From: Alphaproteobacteria bacterium
GTDB lineage: Bacteria; Pseudomonadota; Alphaproteobacteria; SMXP01
DNA length: 64,000 bases
Reading direction: 5' to 3'
Assembly (NCBI GenBank): GCA_028285305.1
Contig: JANQPV010000004.1
Location: 41,685-105,684, forward strand
In this document: piece after piece, positions 31,701-39,940 of the stretch
Layout of the letters: each line of letters opens with the position of its first letter
How positions within the stretch are numbered: position 1 is the first letter of the stretch
The notes under the pieces: model-generated
The model's input: only the letters and a program-made list of their open reading frames with translations
Told to the model about the DNA's origin: nothing
Database searches by the model: none
Made by a program: the position numbers and the translations under genes

Positions 31701-32060
31701 TTGTTGGATTATGTGAAGAAAGTTTCTCTAGGAATCGAAAAATGGGCTCCCGAAAGCGAAGCAGAGATCACAGTCGAGCAGATCCAAAACTCACTTTTTG
31801 CTCTCGTCGAAATTGTTGATGAAATGGTCGATCAGGAAGATCGCGTCATCTTGTATCAAAATAATTCGTTTCAACATCTCTCGATTGTGGCTAAGGGGCG
31901 GCATGACCTTCTAAATGAACTCCGTAACGTGGCGGGACAAAACAGTGGTAGGGAATTGAAGATAGCCATAAAAAAATATGAGCAGCTTTCGCGAGAATTA
32001 GGGGAGCTAAGTTCAAAATTGGCAGAACACGGTCGGCAATTGTCGGAAAGTGTGACCTAA
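31701..32060 (+). CDS. hypothetical acidic coiled-coil protein (islet-associated)
   Basis: 119-aa ORF in the same low-GC islet. No recognisable domain. Confidence 0.35.
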   Translation: MLDYVKKVSLGIEKWAPESEAEITVEQIQNSLFALVEIVDEMVDQEDRVILYQNNSFQHLSIVAKGRHDLLNELRNVAGQNSGRELKIAIKKYEQLSRELGELSSKLAEHGRQLSESVT

Positions 32061-32213
32061 GTATACTTTATTACACTCTCCGACGAACGACAGAAAACTG
32101 CGTGTGACATAAGTCCCTTGGCATTAAGTCACACTTTGTGAAGCTAAGTCATAGACCTTTGTCACACCGTTCGCGCCGCGCGCGGACGTCAGCGAGCCTC
32201 AAATCGCACACCT

Positions 32214-33113
32214 TCACCCCTCAACCTCCTCCCATGCCCGTGCGACGAGCCCCCGCAGCCACACGTTGGCTTGGTCCTCTTCCACGCTGCGGTGCCAGTA
32301 GAGCCAGGTGCCCTCCATATCGATAACTAAGGGCAGGTCTTTGGCGGCGACGTCGAACTGGGCGGCAAGACTGCGCGGTGCGATCAGCGCGTAATCGCTC
32401 GACTCGACAATCCGAAGGGCGGGCAAGTAATACTGTGTACGGAGCGCCGGTTCCACGCGGCCGCCGATCCGTCCAACCGCAAGCTCCAATAAGCTGGAGC
32501 CCGCCCGACGGCTCGACACGGCAACAAAGTCCAACTCGAGAAATTTCTCCAGCGTCAACGCGCCTTTGGATTTCGGATGCCCCCGCCGCATGACACAGAC
32601 ATAATCGCCCGCCGTTAGGGGAGACCGGTTGAGCGAATGGGAGGACAGCCGGGGAATATCGACGGCGACATCAAGCTCACCCAGTGCCAGTTTCTCTTTG
32701 ATCTCCCGCCGGTCCGTCTGAAACGCGCGCAACTTAGCTTGGGGCGCTTCCTCGCCCATCAATATAACGAGAGGCGGCAGCAGCGCGGTGGCCGCGATCT
32801 CACCGATGCTCATGGTGAACGTGCGATCTGAACTTGCCGGATCGAACGCCATATTCCCGTCGAGAGTCGATTGCATTTGCCGCAGCGACTGGCGAACCGG
32901 GCCGATCATCCGCCGCGCAAGCGGGGTAGGGGCCACGCCCCGTCCGGACCGGATAAAGAGAGGATCGTCAAACGAGGCGCGCAATCGCGCCATAGCATTG
33001 GAAACCGTCGGCTGCGCTACGTTGAGCTGTTCCGCAGCCCTTGTGAGGTTTCCCTCCGCATAGACCGTTTCGAAGATAACCAGGAGATTCAAATCGAATT
33101 GAGTGAGGCGCAT
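32214..33113 (-). CDS. LysR family transcriptional regulator
   Basis: N-terminal HTH LNLLVIFETVYAEGNLTRAAEQLNVAQPTVSNAMARL and a substrate-binding domain. Divergent from the acyl-CoA dehydrogenase. Confidence 0.85.
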   Translation of the reverse strand: MRLTQFDLNLLVIFETVYAEGNLTRAAEQLNVAQPTVSNAMARLRASFDDPLFIRSGRGVAPTPLARRMIGPVRQSLRQMQSTLDGNMAFDPASSDRTFTMSIGEIAATALLPPLVILMGEEAPQAKLRAFQTDRREIKEKLALGELDVAVDIPRLSSHSLNRSPLTAGDYVCVMRRGHPKSKGALTLEKFLELDFVAVSSRRAGSSLLELAVGRIGGRVEPALRTQYYLPALRIVESSDYALIAPRSLAAQFDVAAKDLPLVIDMEGTWLYWHRSVEEDQANVWLRGLVARAWEEVEG

Positions 33114-33213
33114 CTAACTATGCTGATTGTGAATGATAGATCATTCTAACAATAAATTTTCTCTAGAAATAGAGATCTGTTAGATTGGTCCCGGAACACC
33201 AAAGGAGGAACCC

Positions 33214-34461
33214 ATGTCCATTGTTGAAGAAGATCTCTTTAATCTCGCCATGTCCGAAGAGGCCAAACCTCTCATGGACCGGGTTATCCGCCATCTGGAG
33301 GAAAACGTCGCCCCATGGCGGGAGGAGTTCGACGCGCTCAACGAAGAAAAAGAAGACCGTTGGTCCTGGCATCCGCGCCAGATCGAGCTGATGGAAGGCG
33401 CCAAAGCCAAAGCGAAAGAAGCGGGCTTGTGGAACTTCTTCCTGCCCGATTCCGAAACCGGTGAGGGTCTAAGTAATCTGGACTACGCCTATATCGCCGC
33501 CGAGCTGGGCAAGTATCCCTTTGGATCCGAAAGCATGAATTGCAGCGCGCCGGACACCGGCAACATGGAAGTGCTCGAGCGGGTAGGGACCCCGGAGCAA
33601 AAGGAGACTTGGCTCAAACCCTTGCTCAACGGGGAAATTCGCTCCGCCTACGTCATGACGGAGCCCGGCGTCGCCTCGTCCGACGCCCGCAACATCAGCA
33701 CGAGTGCGGTCCTGGACGGCGACGATTATGTGATCAACGGAGAGAAGTACTGGATCTCCGGCGTCGGCAATCCCAATTGCAAGCTCTTGCTGATGATGGT
33801 GAACACCAACCCGGATGCGGCCCCCCACCAACAGCATTCGCAGATCCTGGTGCCGAAAGAAACCGAGGGCGTTGAGATTGTCGGCCCGATGCATGTGATG
33901 GGCGCGGACCACGCGCCTTACGGCCACATGCATATGCGCTTCAAAGATGTCCGTGTGCCGAAGGAAAATATTCTGCTGGGCGAGGGCCGCGGCTTCGAGA
34001 TCTCTCAGGTACGCCTTGGCCCGGGCCGTATCCACCATTGTATGCGCTCCATCGGCAAGGCCGAAGTGGCGTTGGAATTGATGGTGAAGCGGGCAGGGAC
34101 ACGGGAAGCCTTCGGACAAAAAATCGCCAAGCTCGGAAAAAACCTGGAAGTTATTTCCCGGGCGCGGATCGAAATCAACGCCATGCGATTGGCGGTGCTC
34201 CAGGCGGCAAAAGCCATGGATGTGCTCGGCAACAAAGAGGCCCGTGTTTACGTCAGCGCCGTAAAAGCCATGGTGCCGGAAAAGGTTTGCACGATCATCG
34301 ACCAAGCTATGCAGATGCACGGCGCCGCCGGCATGTCCCAATGGTTCCCGCTTGCTGATATGTATGCGGACTTACGCCATCTGCGCTATGCGGATGGGCC
34401 CGACGAGGTGCATCACATGGTGGTCGGCCGCGCCGAAGTTCAAAAATACGGTTTGTGGTAG
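33214..34461 (+). CDS. acyl-CoA dehydrogenase (ACAD10/11-like FadE)
   Basis: RBS AAAGGAGGAA. ACAD domains with a C-terminal YADGPDEVH motif. Confidence 0.85.
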   Translation: MSIVEEDLFNLAMSEEAKPLMDRVIRHLEENVAPWREEFDALNEEKEDRWSWHPRQIELMEGAKAKAKEAGLWNFFLPDSETGEGLSNLDYAYIAAELGKYPFGSESMNCSAPDTGNMEVLERVGTPEQKETWLKPLLNGEIRSAYVMTEPGVASSDARNISTSAVLDGDDYVINGEKYWISGVGNPNCKLLLMMVNTNPDAAPHQQHSQILVPKETEGVEIVGPMHVMGADHAPYGHMHMRFKDVRVPKENILLGEGRGFEISQVRLGPGRIHHCMRSIGKAEVALELMVKRAGTREAFGQKIAKLGKNLEVISRARIEINAMRLAVLQAAKAMDVLGNKEARVYVSAVKAMVPEKVCTIIDQAMQMHGAAGMSQWFPLADMYADLRHLRYADGPDEVHHMVVGRAEVQKYGLW

Positions 34462-34506
34462 CGGACGACTCGGAGCGGGTTCTGGCATAGAAGTCGATCG
34501 TGGGGG

Positions 34507-35112
34507 TTAGCCCACCGCCCGCTCCACCAGGTCGCACCACAAGCTGAACATCCGGTCTAAGTGTTTGGAGTCATTGGCGATGCCCCGCTGCACAACCAAT
34601 CCCCGGACCAGATACAAGGTAAGTTCCATGAGGTCTTCCGCTTGATGTTCGCCCGGGATCTCCTCAATACGGGCTTCACTAGTGGACCTTAGCGTTTCGA
34701 TCCATTCTTCATCGATGGCGCGGATGTCATCCCGCAGGGTTTCGTCCGTACGCGCTGCAATGAGAGACTCCAACGTCGCATAGAAATAGGGCTCATCCTG
34801 CTTCGTCAGGTCCAACAGTTCAAGATGCTCTCGCAATGGCAGTTTCTCTTTGCCCTGTTTCTTCAACTGCGCTTCTGTCCGAGCTCTCAAAGCGTCTCTG
34901 TTGCGTTTGAGGGCAGCGACAAGGAGATCGTTCTTCTTGGGATAGTGGTGGGTCTGCGCCCCGTTCGACACGCCGGCTTCCTGGCAGACTTTGAGGGTGC
35001 TCGTCCCCGACCAGCCGTCCCGGAGGATAACGGACAAGGTGGCGGCAAGCAGCTTTTCCTTTGTTATTTCCGCACGGTCTTGCGCGGCCCGCTTTCGGGT
35101 CTGTGTGGTCAA
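34507..35112 (-). CDS. TetR/AcrR family transcriptional regulator
   Basis: N-terminal HTH GWSGTSTLKVCQEAGVSNGAQTHHY. Confidence 0.8.
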   Translation of the reverse strand: MTTQTRKRAAQDRAEITKEKLLAATLSVILRDGWSGTSTLKVCQEAGVSNGAQTHHYPKKNDLLVAALKRNRDALRARTEAQLKKQGKEKLPLREHLELLDLTKQDEPYFYATLESLIAARTDETLRDDIRAIDEEWIETLRSTSEARIEEIPGEHQAEDLMELTLYLVRGLVVQRGIANDSKHLDRMFSLWCDLVERAVG

Positions 35113-35136
35113 AACGTCATCCTTCCTTATGAGTTG

Positions 35137-35157
35137 ACTCTCTTAAACAAAGAGAGT
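35137..35157. promoter_or_regulatory. candidate TetR operator (ACTCTCTT-N5-AAGAGAGT)
   Basis: Perfect 8-bp inverted repeat in the TetR / HCCA-isomerase divergent intergenic region. Confidence 0.45.
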
Positions 35158-35242
35158 ACTCTGTTTTTATTAGGAGTTCAATAAGGTGCCCAGTGGAAAG
35201 AGTGATCTCTTGTGAGCGCCACAATCGGAGGAGAAAAAGCAA

Positions 35243-35884
35243 GTGACGGATGTGGATGTATTCTGGTCTTTTCGCAGTCCCTATTCCTATTTGGTGACGC
35301 CGGATTTGCTCCGTTTGCGGTCGGATTACGATGTGGATGTGCGATTTCGGCCTGTCTTGCCGATTGCGCTGCGCGCTAAAGCGGCCGTGTTTGATGCAAG
35401 CGACAAAAAGCGGCCCCACTACATCGGCATGGACTCTCATCGCCGTGCGGAGTTTCTCGGGCTGCCCATGGTCTGGCCCAATCCCGACCCCGTTGCACAG
35501 AATATGGAGACCTTTGAAGTCCTCGACGAACAGCCCCTCATCTGGCGCATGACCGGATTGGGGATCGAGGCGGAACGACGGGGCAAAGGCATCGACTTCG
35601 CCCATGCCGCTTCGGCGCTGATCTGGAGCGGAACCAAGGACTGGGACAAAGGCGACCATCTGGCGAAGGCCGCGTCACAAATCGGCCTCGATCTCGGCGA
35701 CATGGAAGCCGCACTGAAAGACCTCGATGTAAAAGCGGAAGTCGACAAAAACCACGCGGCGCTGGAAGAGGCCGGCCACTGGGGCGTACCGACCATGGTC
35801 GTCAATGGCGAACCCTTTTTCGGTCAAGACCGGATAGACACGCTGCGCTGGCGGTTGGACAAGCTCGGCCTGAAGAAGACCTAA
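35243..35884 (+). CDS. 2-hydroxychromene-2-carboxylate isomerase / DsbA-like thioredoxin-fold protein
   Basis: DVFWSFRSPYSY N-terminus and C-terminal GVPTMVVNGEPFFGQDRI, characteristic of the HCCA isomerase family. Confidence 0.75.
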   Translation: MTDVDVFWSFRSPYSYLVTPDLLRLRSDYDVDVRFRPVLPIALRAKAAVFDASDKKRPHYIGMDSHRRAEFLGLPMVWPNPDPVAQNMETFEVLDEQPLIWRMTGLGIEAERRGKGIDFAHAASALIWSGTKDWDKGDHLAKAASQIGLDLGDMEAALKDLDVKAEVDKNHAALEEAGHWGVPTMVVNGEPFFGQDRIDTLRWRLDKLGLKKT

Positions 35885-35945
35885 CTTACCTCATTACACA
35901 GAGAGAATACTCACCTAAAGACCCGGAAGGGAAAGGAGACGGAAC

Positions 35946-36740
35946 ATGGATCTCGAAATCAAAGGCAAGAAAGCCATTATGGCAGGCGGCAGCGCCGGCA
36001 TGGGCCGGGCAACGGCCGAACGGCTCGCGGAAGAGGGGGCGGACCTCTTCATCACCGCCCGCCGCGAGGAGCGTTTGGTCAAAGCGGCTCAGGAAATGTC
36101 CGAACAATACAACACCATCGTCACGCCGGTTGTTGCGGACTCCTCCACCGAAGAAGGCCGCCAGGCGCTGTTCGCCGCCTGTCCCGACCCGGACATTCTT
36201 TCCATCACCATAAAGCCGCCGGCACCCAATGGAGACTTTTTGAAAGTCACGCCCGACATGTGGCGCAATTCTATCGAGACCACCCTGATCGGCCCCATCG
36301 AGATTATGCGCCACTACATTCCGGGAATGAAGGAACGGGGATTTGGCCGCATCGTCAATATCGCCACGTTCTCGGCCAAGAACCCGATGATTTGGCGTCT
36401 GATGTCCGGTCCGGCCCGCTCGGCGCTGATCAACTACACCGCAAGCGTCTCGAGAGAAGTTGCTCAGTATGGGGTCGTTATCAACAATCTCTTGCCCGGC
36501 ATGTTCGCCACCGAAGGCGCCAGCGAATTGTTGGAGGATTATGCAAGCGCCTTTGGTCTTGAGCCCAAACAGGAGATCGTTGCCGAACATTTTATGGCGA
36601 ACAACAAGATCCCGGCCGGCTTCATGGCGGACGCTGGAGATCTCGCGCCGATGGCCGCTCTGTTGTGCAGCCCGCTCTCCCGGTTCATTGTTGGTCAGAA
36701 CATTGTCATCGACGGCGGGCAACATGCCTCGCTGTTTTAG
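35946..36740 (+). CDS. SDR family oxidoreductase
   Basis: AIMAGGSAGMGRA Rossmann motif. SDR-length, 264 aa. Confidence 0.8.
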   Translation: MDLEIKGKKAIMAGGSAGMGRATAERLAEEGADLFITARREERLVKAAQEMSEQYNTIVTPVVADSSTEEGRQALFAACPDPDILSITIKPPAPNGDFLKVTPDMWRNSIETTLIGPIEIMRHYIPGMKERGFGRIVNIATFSAKNPMIWRLMSGPARSALINYTASVSREVAQYGVVINNLLPGMFATEGASELLEDYASAFGLEPKQEIVAEHFMANNKIPAGFMADAGDLAPMAALLCSPLSRFIVGQNIVIDGGQHASLF

Positions 36741-36776
36741 GCAGGGGCTTCGATCGGGGCTTAGGCGATTAAGCCA

Positions 36777-38594
36777 TCACTCCCTTTCGAAAGCGCTGCA
36801 GACGGCGGTCATATAGCCGAGAACTTTTTCGCCGGACTGATCCTTTTGCTGAATGCAGGCGAGCGCTCGCCCGCAGAGCGTTTGGTCTGTATGACACGCC
36901 AGCCAGGAGACCGTGCCCGTTTGTTCGAAACTCAAATCGGCGCTGGCTTTGGGGGCGACGGTCTCGGCAAACTGCATGGCTTCATCGTCATAGCCCAGTT
37001 TGCGCGTGAAGTAGACGGAAACCGGAAAGTCACAAATATTGGTGAACTGTTCATCGTCGACCTCAATACAATCGTTTGAGTGGGCTCGGACATAGTCATA
37101 CTGTTTATGGCGATTGGGCGCTTCGGAAAGCATGAACTCTGCCTCCGGAGGTGTTCCCGCGCCGAGCCCATCGCCCACCGTAAAGGTCAAACGTCCCGCC
37201 AGACTATCGCTGCAATCGCAGTCTTCAAGCGCCAAGAAGACACGGACCTCGTAGGTTCCGGGCTCGCTGCGGCCATCAAAGGAGTAGATGCAATCGTTCG
37301 CGGGTTGAGTGTAGTTCTTTAGATAGTTCCAGTCTTTTTGAAATCGAACCGCCGCTCCTCGCTGGGGGTGAGCATGGAGCGGTTCCGAGATCTTCCGTAT
37401 GCCGATCCAAGGGTCTGAAGCCGGATACTCCTTCTTGTGGCATTGGACGGCCACATCGATCCCTTCGCCGACCGCATAGCTATCTTTGGCGAGCCAAATT
37501 TTGAAAGGCATCTGAATACCCGGTCCAGTCTCTGTGACCTGTTCAGGCTCTTGCACAACGCCGGTCGTTACGATTTCAAACGCCATTTGGGCAACCGGGG
37601 TGTAGTCGGTACCTTGAAACTGCCTTAGCTCATACGCGCCAACTTCCGTTCGCGGTGCAAATGTGAACGTGCATGCAGCGCCCGCCTTCGTTGCATCTTT
37701 GAAATAGAACCAATCTTCACCCTGAATGCCGTAGTTATAAGATGAGGCGCCAGCCTTGAAGAGGGCGATCCAGTTCGATCCAGCCTCGGCATCGGGTCCG
37801 CATGCGGCCGTCACGCGAATGGGTTCATTGGTGCTATAGGCGGCCTTACCTAAGGTATAGGGCTTGGCACCACCAGCTTCCGCCACGGAAAACGCGTGTC
37901 TTGCAGCGATGAAATCTCCCGAAGGCGGAATAATGCGCAACTCATAGTCGCCTGCGGTGGCGCGCCCGGCGAACTCAAAGATGCAGTCTTCCCTGTCGCG
38001 AAAATAGAGCCAATCCGCTTTATACGTTCCATAGTCGCGGGGGGCGTCGGACGGGCTAAAAACGCCGATCCAGCCATCTTCATCGTACTTCGAACAATCC
38101 GTTGTGACACGGATCTTTTCGCCGGTGACATATGTCTCTTTGTCGAAGGCAATGCCGCTTTCAGTCATAACGGAGGGCGCCGCTATGGACGTGTTTGCAT
38201 CCGAGCCGCTATCGGATGCGCTTGCGGAAACGGGCGCCGCGCTACTCGCCGTGCTGTCTCCAACGGCGAATGCCACCCTTATTTGATCATTGTATCCGGA
38301 GTCGGGAAAGTACCGCGCTTCGTATTGGCCCGGATCGTCCTGCCCATCAAAGACCAGCCGGCAGTTTTCTCCATCACTCACATACTGGTAAGTCTGATAA
38401 TTGCGCTCTCCCGCGCCTGATTTGAACAAACCGACCCAGGCACTAGAACTCTGAGGGGGACAGCTTGTCGTGACGACAATGTCCTCACCTGTCGCATAGG
38501 TTTGTTTTTCGACCGTCAGCGTCACGTCCGCCGCTGTTGCCCGCCCTGCGACCGCAAGCAGAAACAGAACTCCTGCAAGAATATGCTTTTTCAC
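36777..38594 (-). CDS. secreted protein with four ~105-aa Cys/Trp-containing tandem repeat domains and a Cys-rich C-terminal domain (function unknown)
   Basis: Signal peptide MKKHILAGVLFLLAVAGRATA. Repeats follow the pattern TY-TGE-I-VTT-C...W(I/V)G-F...Y-Y...DW-YF...C-F-F...G-YE-R. Confidence 0.6.
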   Translation of the reverse strand: MKKHILAGVLFLLAVAGRATAADVTLTVEKQTYATGEDIVVTTSCPPQSSSAWVGLFKSGAGERNYQTYQYVSDGENCRLVFDGQDDPGQYEARYFPDSGYNDQIRVAFAVGDSTASSAAPVSASASDSGSDANTSIAAPSVMTESGIAFDKETYVTGEKIRVTTDCSKYDEDGWIGVFSPSDAPRDYGTYKADWLYFRDREDCIFEFAGRATAGDYELRIIPPSGDFIAARHAFSVAEAGGAKPYTLGKAAYSTNEPIRVTAACGPDAEAGSNWIALFKAGASSYNYGIQGEDWFYFKDATKAGAACTFTFAPRTEVGAYELRQFQGTDYTPVAQMAFEIVTTGVVQEPEQVTETGPGIQMPFKIWLAKDSYAVGEGIDVAVQCHKKEYPASDPWIGIRKISEPLHAHPQRGAAVRFQKDWNYLKNYTQPANDCIYSFDGRSEPGTYEVRVFLALEDCDCSDSLAGRLTFTVGDGLGAGTPPEAEFMLSEAPNRHKQYDYVRAHSNDCIEVDDEQFTNICDFPVSVYFTRKLGYDDEAMQFAETVAPKASADLSFEQTGTVSWLACHTDQTLCGRALACIQQKDQSGEKVLGYMTAVCSAFERE

Positions 38595-38842
38595 GATTTC
38601 CCTCCCACCAAGACTTGGCGATGACCAGCATCGTACTCACCGCAGCTTTAGCGTCAAATCGCGCACTTCCGCGTCTCCAGCATCCTTAGGTATTCTAGCT
38701 AAGGTGAGCAGAACACGGGCCGTTTATCGTCCCAGGTGATCCACCGAAGCCCGGAGCCTCTAATGTCAGTTGTATTCACGCAGGACCGTGATCGGAACAA
38801 GGTGGGCTTGCTTGACATGGCGCCTGCGCCTGTTAGCTTTTT

Positions 38843-39940
38843 TTGCATCGTGAACAAAGAAACACCGACTTGAAAGCCTACGTAGTCGTCATCGCCCTGC
38901 TGCTTGTCATCTTCGGATCGATAAGCGCGTATCTCTATCAGCGGTTCAGCGCTTTCGCGAGCATGGATTTCACCCCTCCTCCCGTCACGATTGCAGCGTC
39001 AACAGCCGAACTTGAAACCTGGGATGAAACCTTGAATGCCGTTGGCACGATCAGAGCTGTCAGAGGGGTAGAGCTCACCTCGGAAACGAGCGGACAAATC
39101 ACCGAAATCCTGTTTGACTCCGGCGACCAAGTAACTGCGGATCAATTGCTCCTTGTATTGAATGATGATATCGAACGGGCCAGCCGCCAAAACCAGATTG
39201 CGGCCCTCGAGCTCGCAGAACTCCTGTTTGAGCGGAACAGCGAGCTGATCGAGAAAGGATCCATTCCCCAAACACAATACGATCGCTCGCGTGCTGATGT
39301 GGAGCGGACCCGCGCGCAGCTTGCCGAAACCGAGGCAAGGCTCGCCAATAAACGGATCGAGGCCCCGTTTGCCGGTACGATTGGTATACGAAATGTAGAC
39401 ATCGGTGACTATCTCTCGCCCGGCACAGCCATCGCAACGCTCCAGGATCATTCAGAGCTGGAGATCGATTTCACGGTTCCGGCCCGGTATGCACCCAACC
39501 TGAAGTCTGGACTGGGCGTGAAAGTACGAGTGGATGCGTTTCCCGGCCGCGCCTTTAATGCCACCGTTGCCGCGGTGAACGCGCGGGTGGATTCCGAAAC
39601 CCGCAACATCCAGCTTCGCGCCAAACTGGACGAAGCCGAAGGATTATTGCCGGGTATGTTTGCCGTCCTTGAGTTGGATCTCGGCATCCGGCAACAAGTC
39701 GTGACGATCCCGGAAACGGCGATGACCTATGCGCTTCAGGGCAACACGGTGTTCGTCATTGAGAAAACCGAAGGCGGCGATCTAACGGCCACCGCGAGAG
39801 TAGTTGAGGCTGGAAAAGTCCGGGAGGGAAGGATTGCGGTCTTAGACGGTCTGAAGGCGGGCGATCGGGTAGTCAGTGTCGGGCAAAACAAATTGTATCG
39901 GGGCGTGCGCGTCGTCGTGGATGAGGATGTAAATCTATAA
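38843..39940 (+). CDS. efflux RND transporter periplasmic adaptor subunit (membrane fusion protein)
   Basis: N-terminal TM, then coiled-coil, lipoyl and beta-barrel segments (RIEAPFAGTIGIRNVDIGDYLSPG). Confidence 0.8.
   Translation: MHREQRNTDLKAYVVVIALLLVIFGSISAYLYQRFSAFASMDFTPPPVTIAASTAELETWDETLNAVGTIRAVRGVELTSETSGQITEILFDSGDQVTADQLLLVLNDDIERASRQNQIAALELAELLFERNSELIEKGSIPQTQYDRSRADVERTRAQLAETEARLANKRIEAPFAGTIGIRNVDIGDYLSPGTAIATLQDHSELEIDFTVPARYAPNLKSGLGVKVRVDAFPGRAFNATVAAVNARVDSETRNIQLRAKLDEAEGLLPGMFAVLELDLGIRQQVVTIPETAMTYALQGNTVFVIEKTEGGDLTATARVVEAGKVREGRIAVLDGLKAGDRVVSVGQNKLYRGVRVVVDEDVNL

Noticed and set aside
33469-34341. 290-aa minus-strand ORF
   Set aside because: Antisense shadow of the FadE-like acyl-CoA dehydrogenase gene. 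No domains.
35886-36725. 279-aa minus-strand ORF
   Set aside because: Antisense to the SDR gene (35946-36740). Typical GC-rich shadow ORF.
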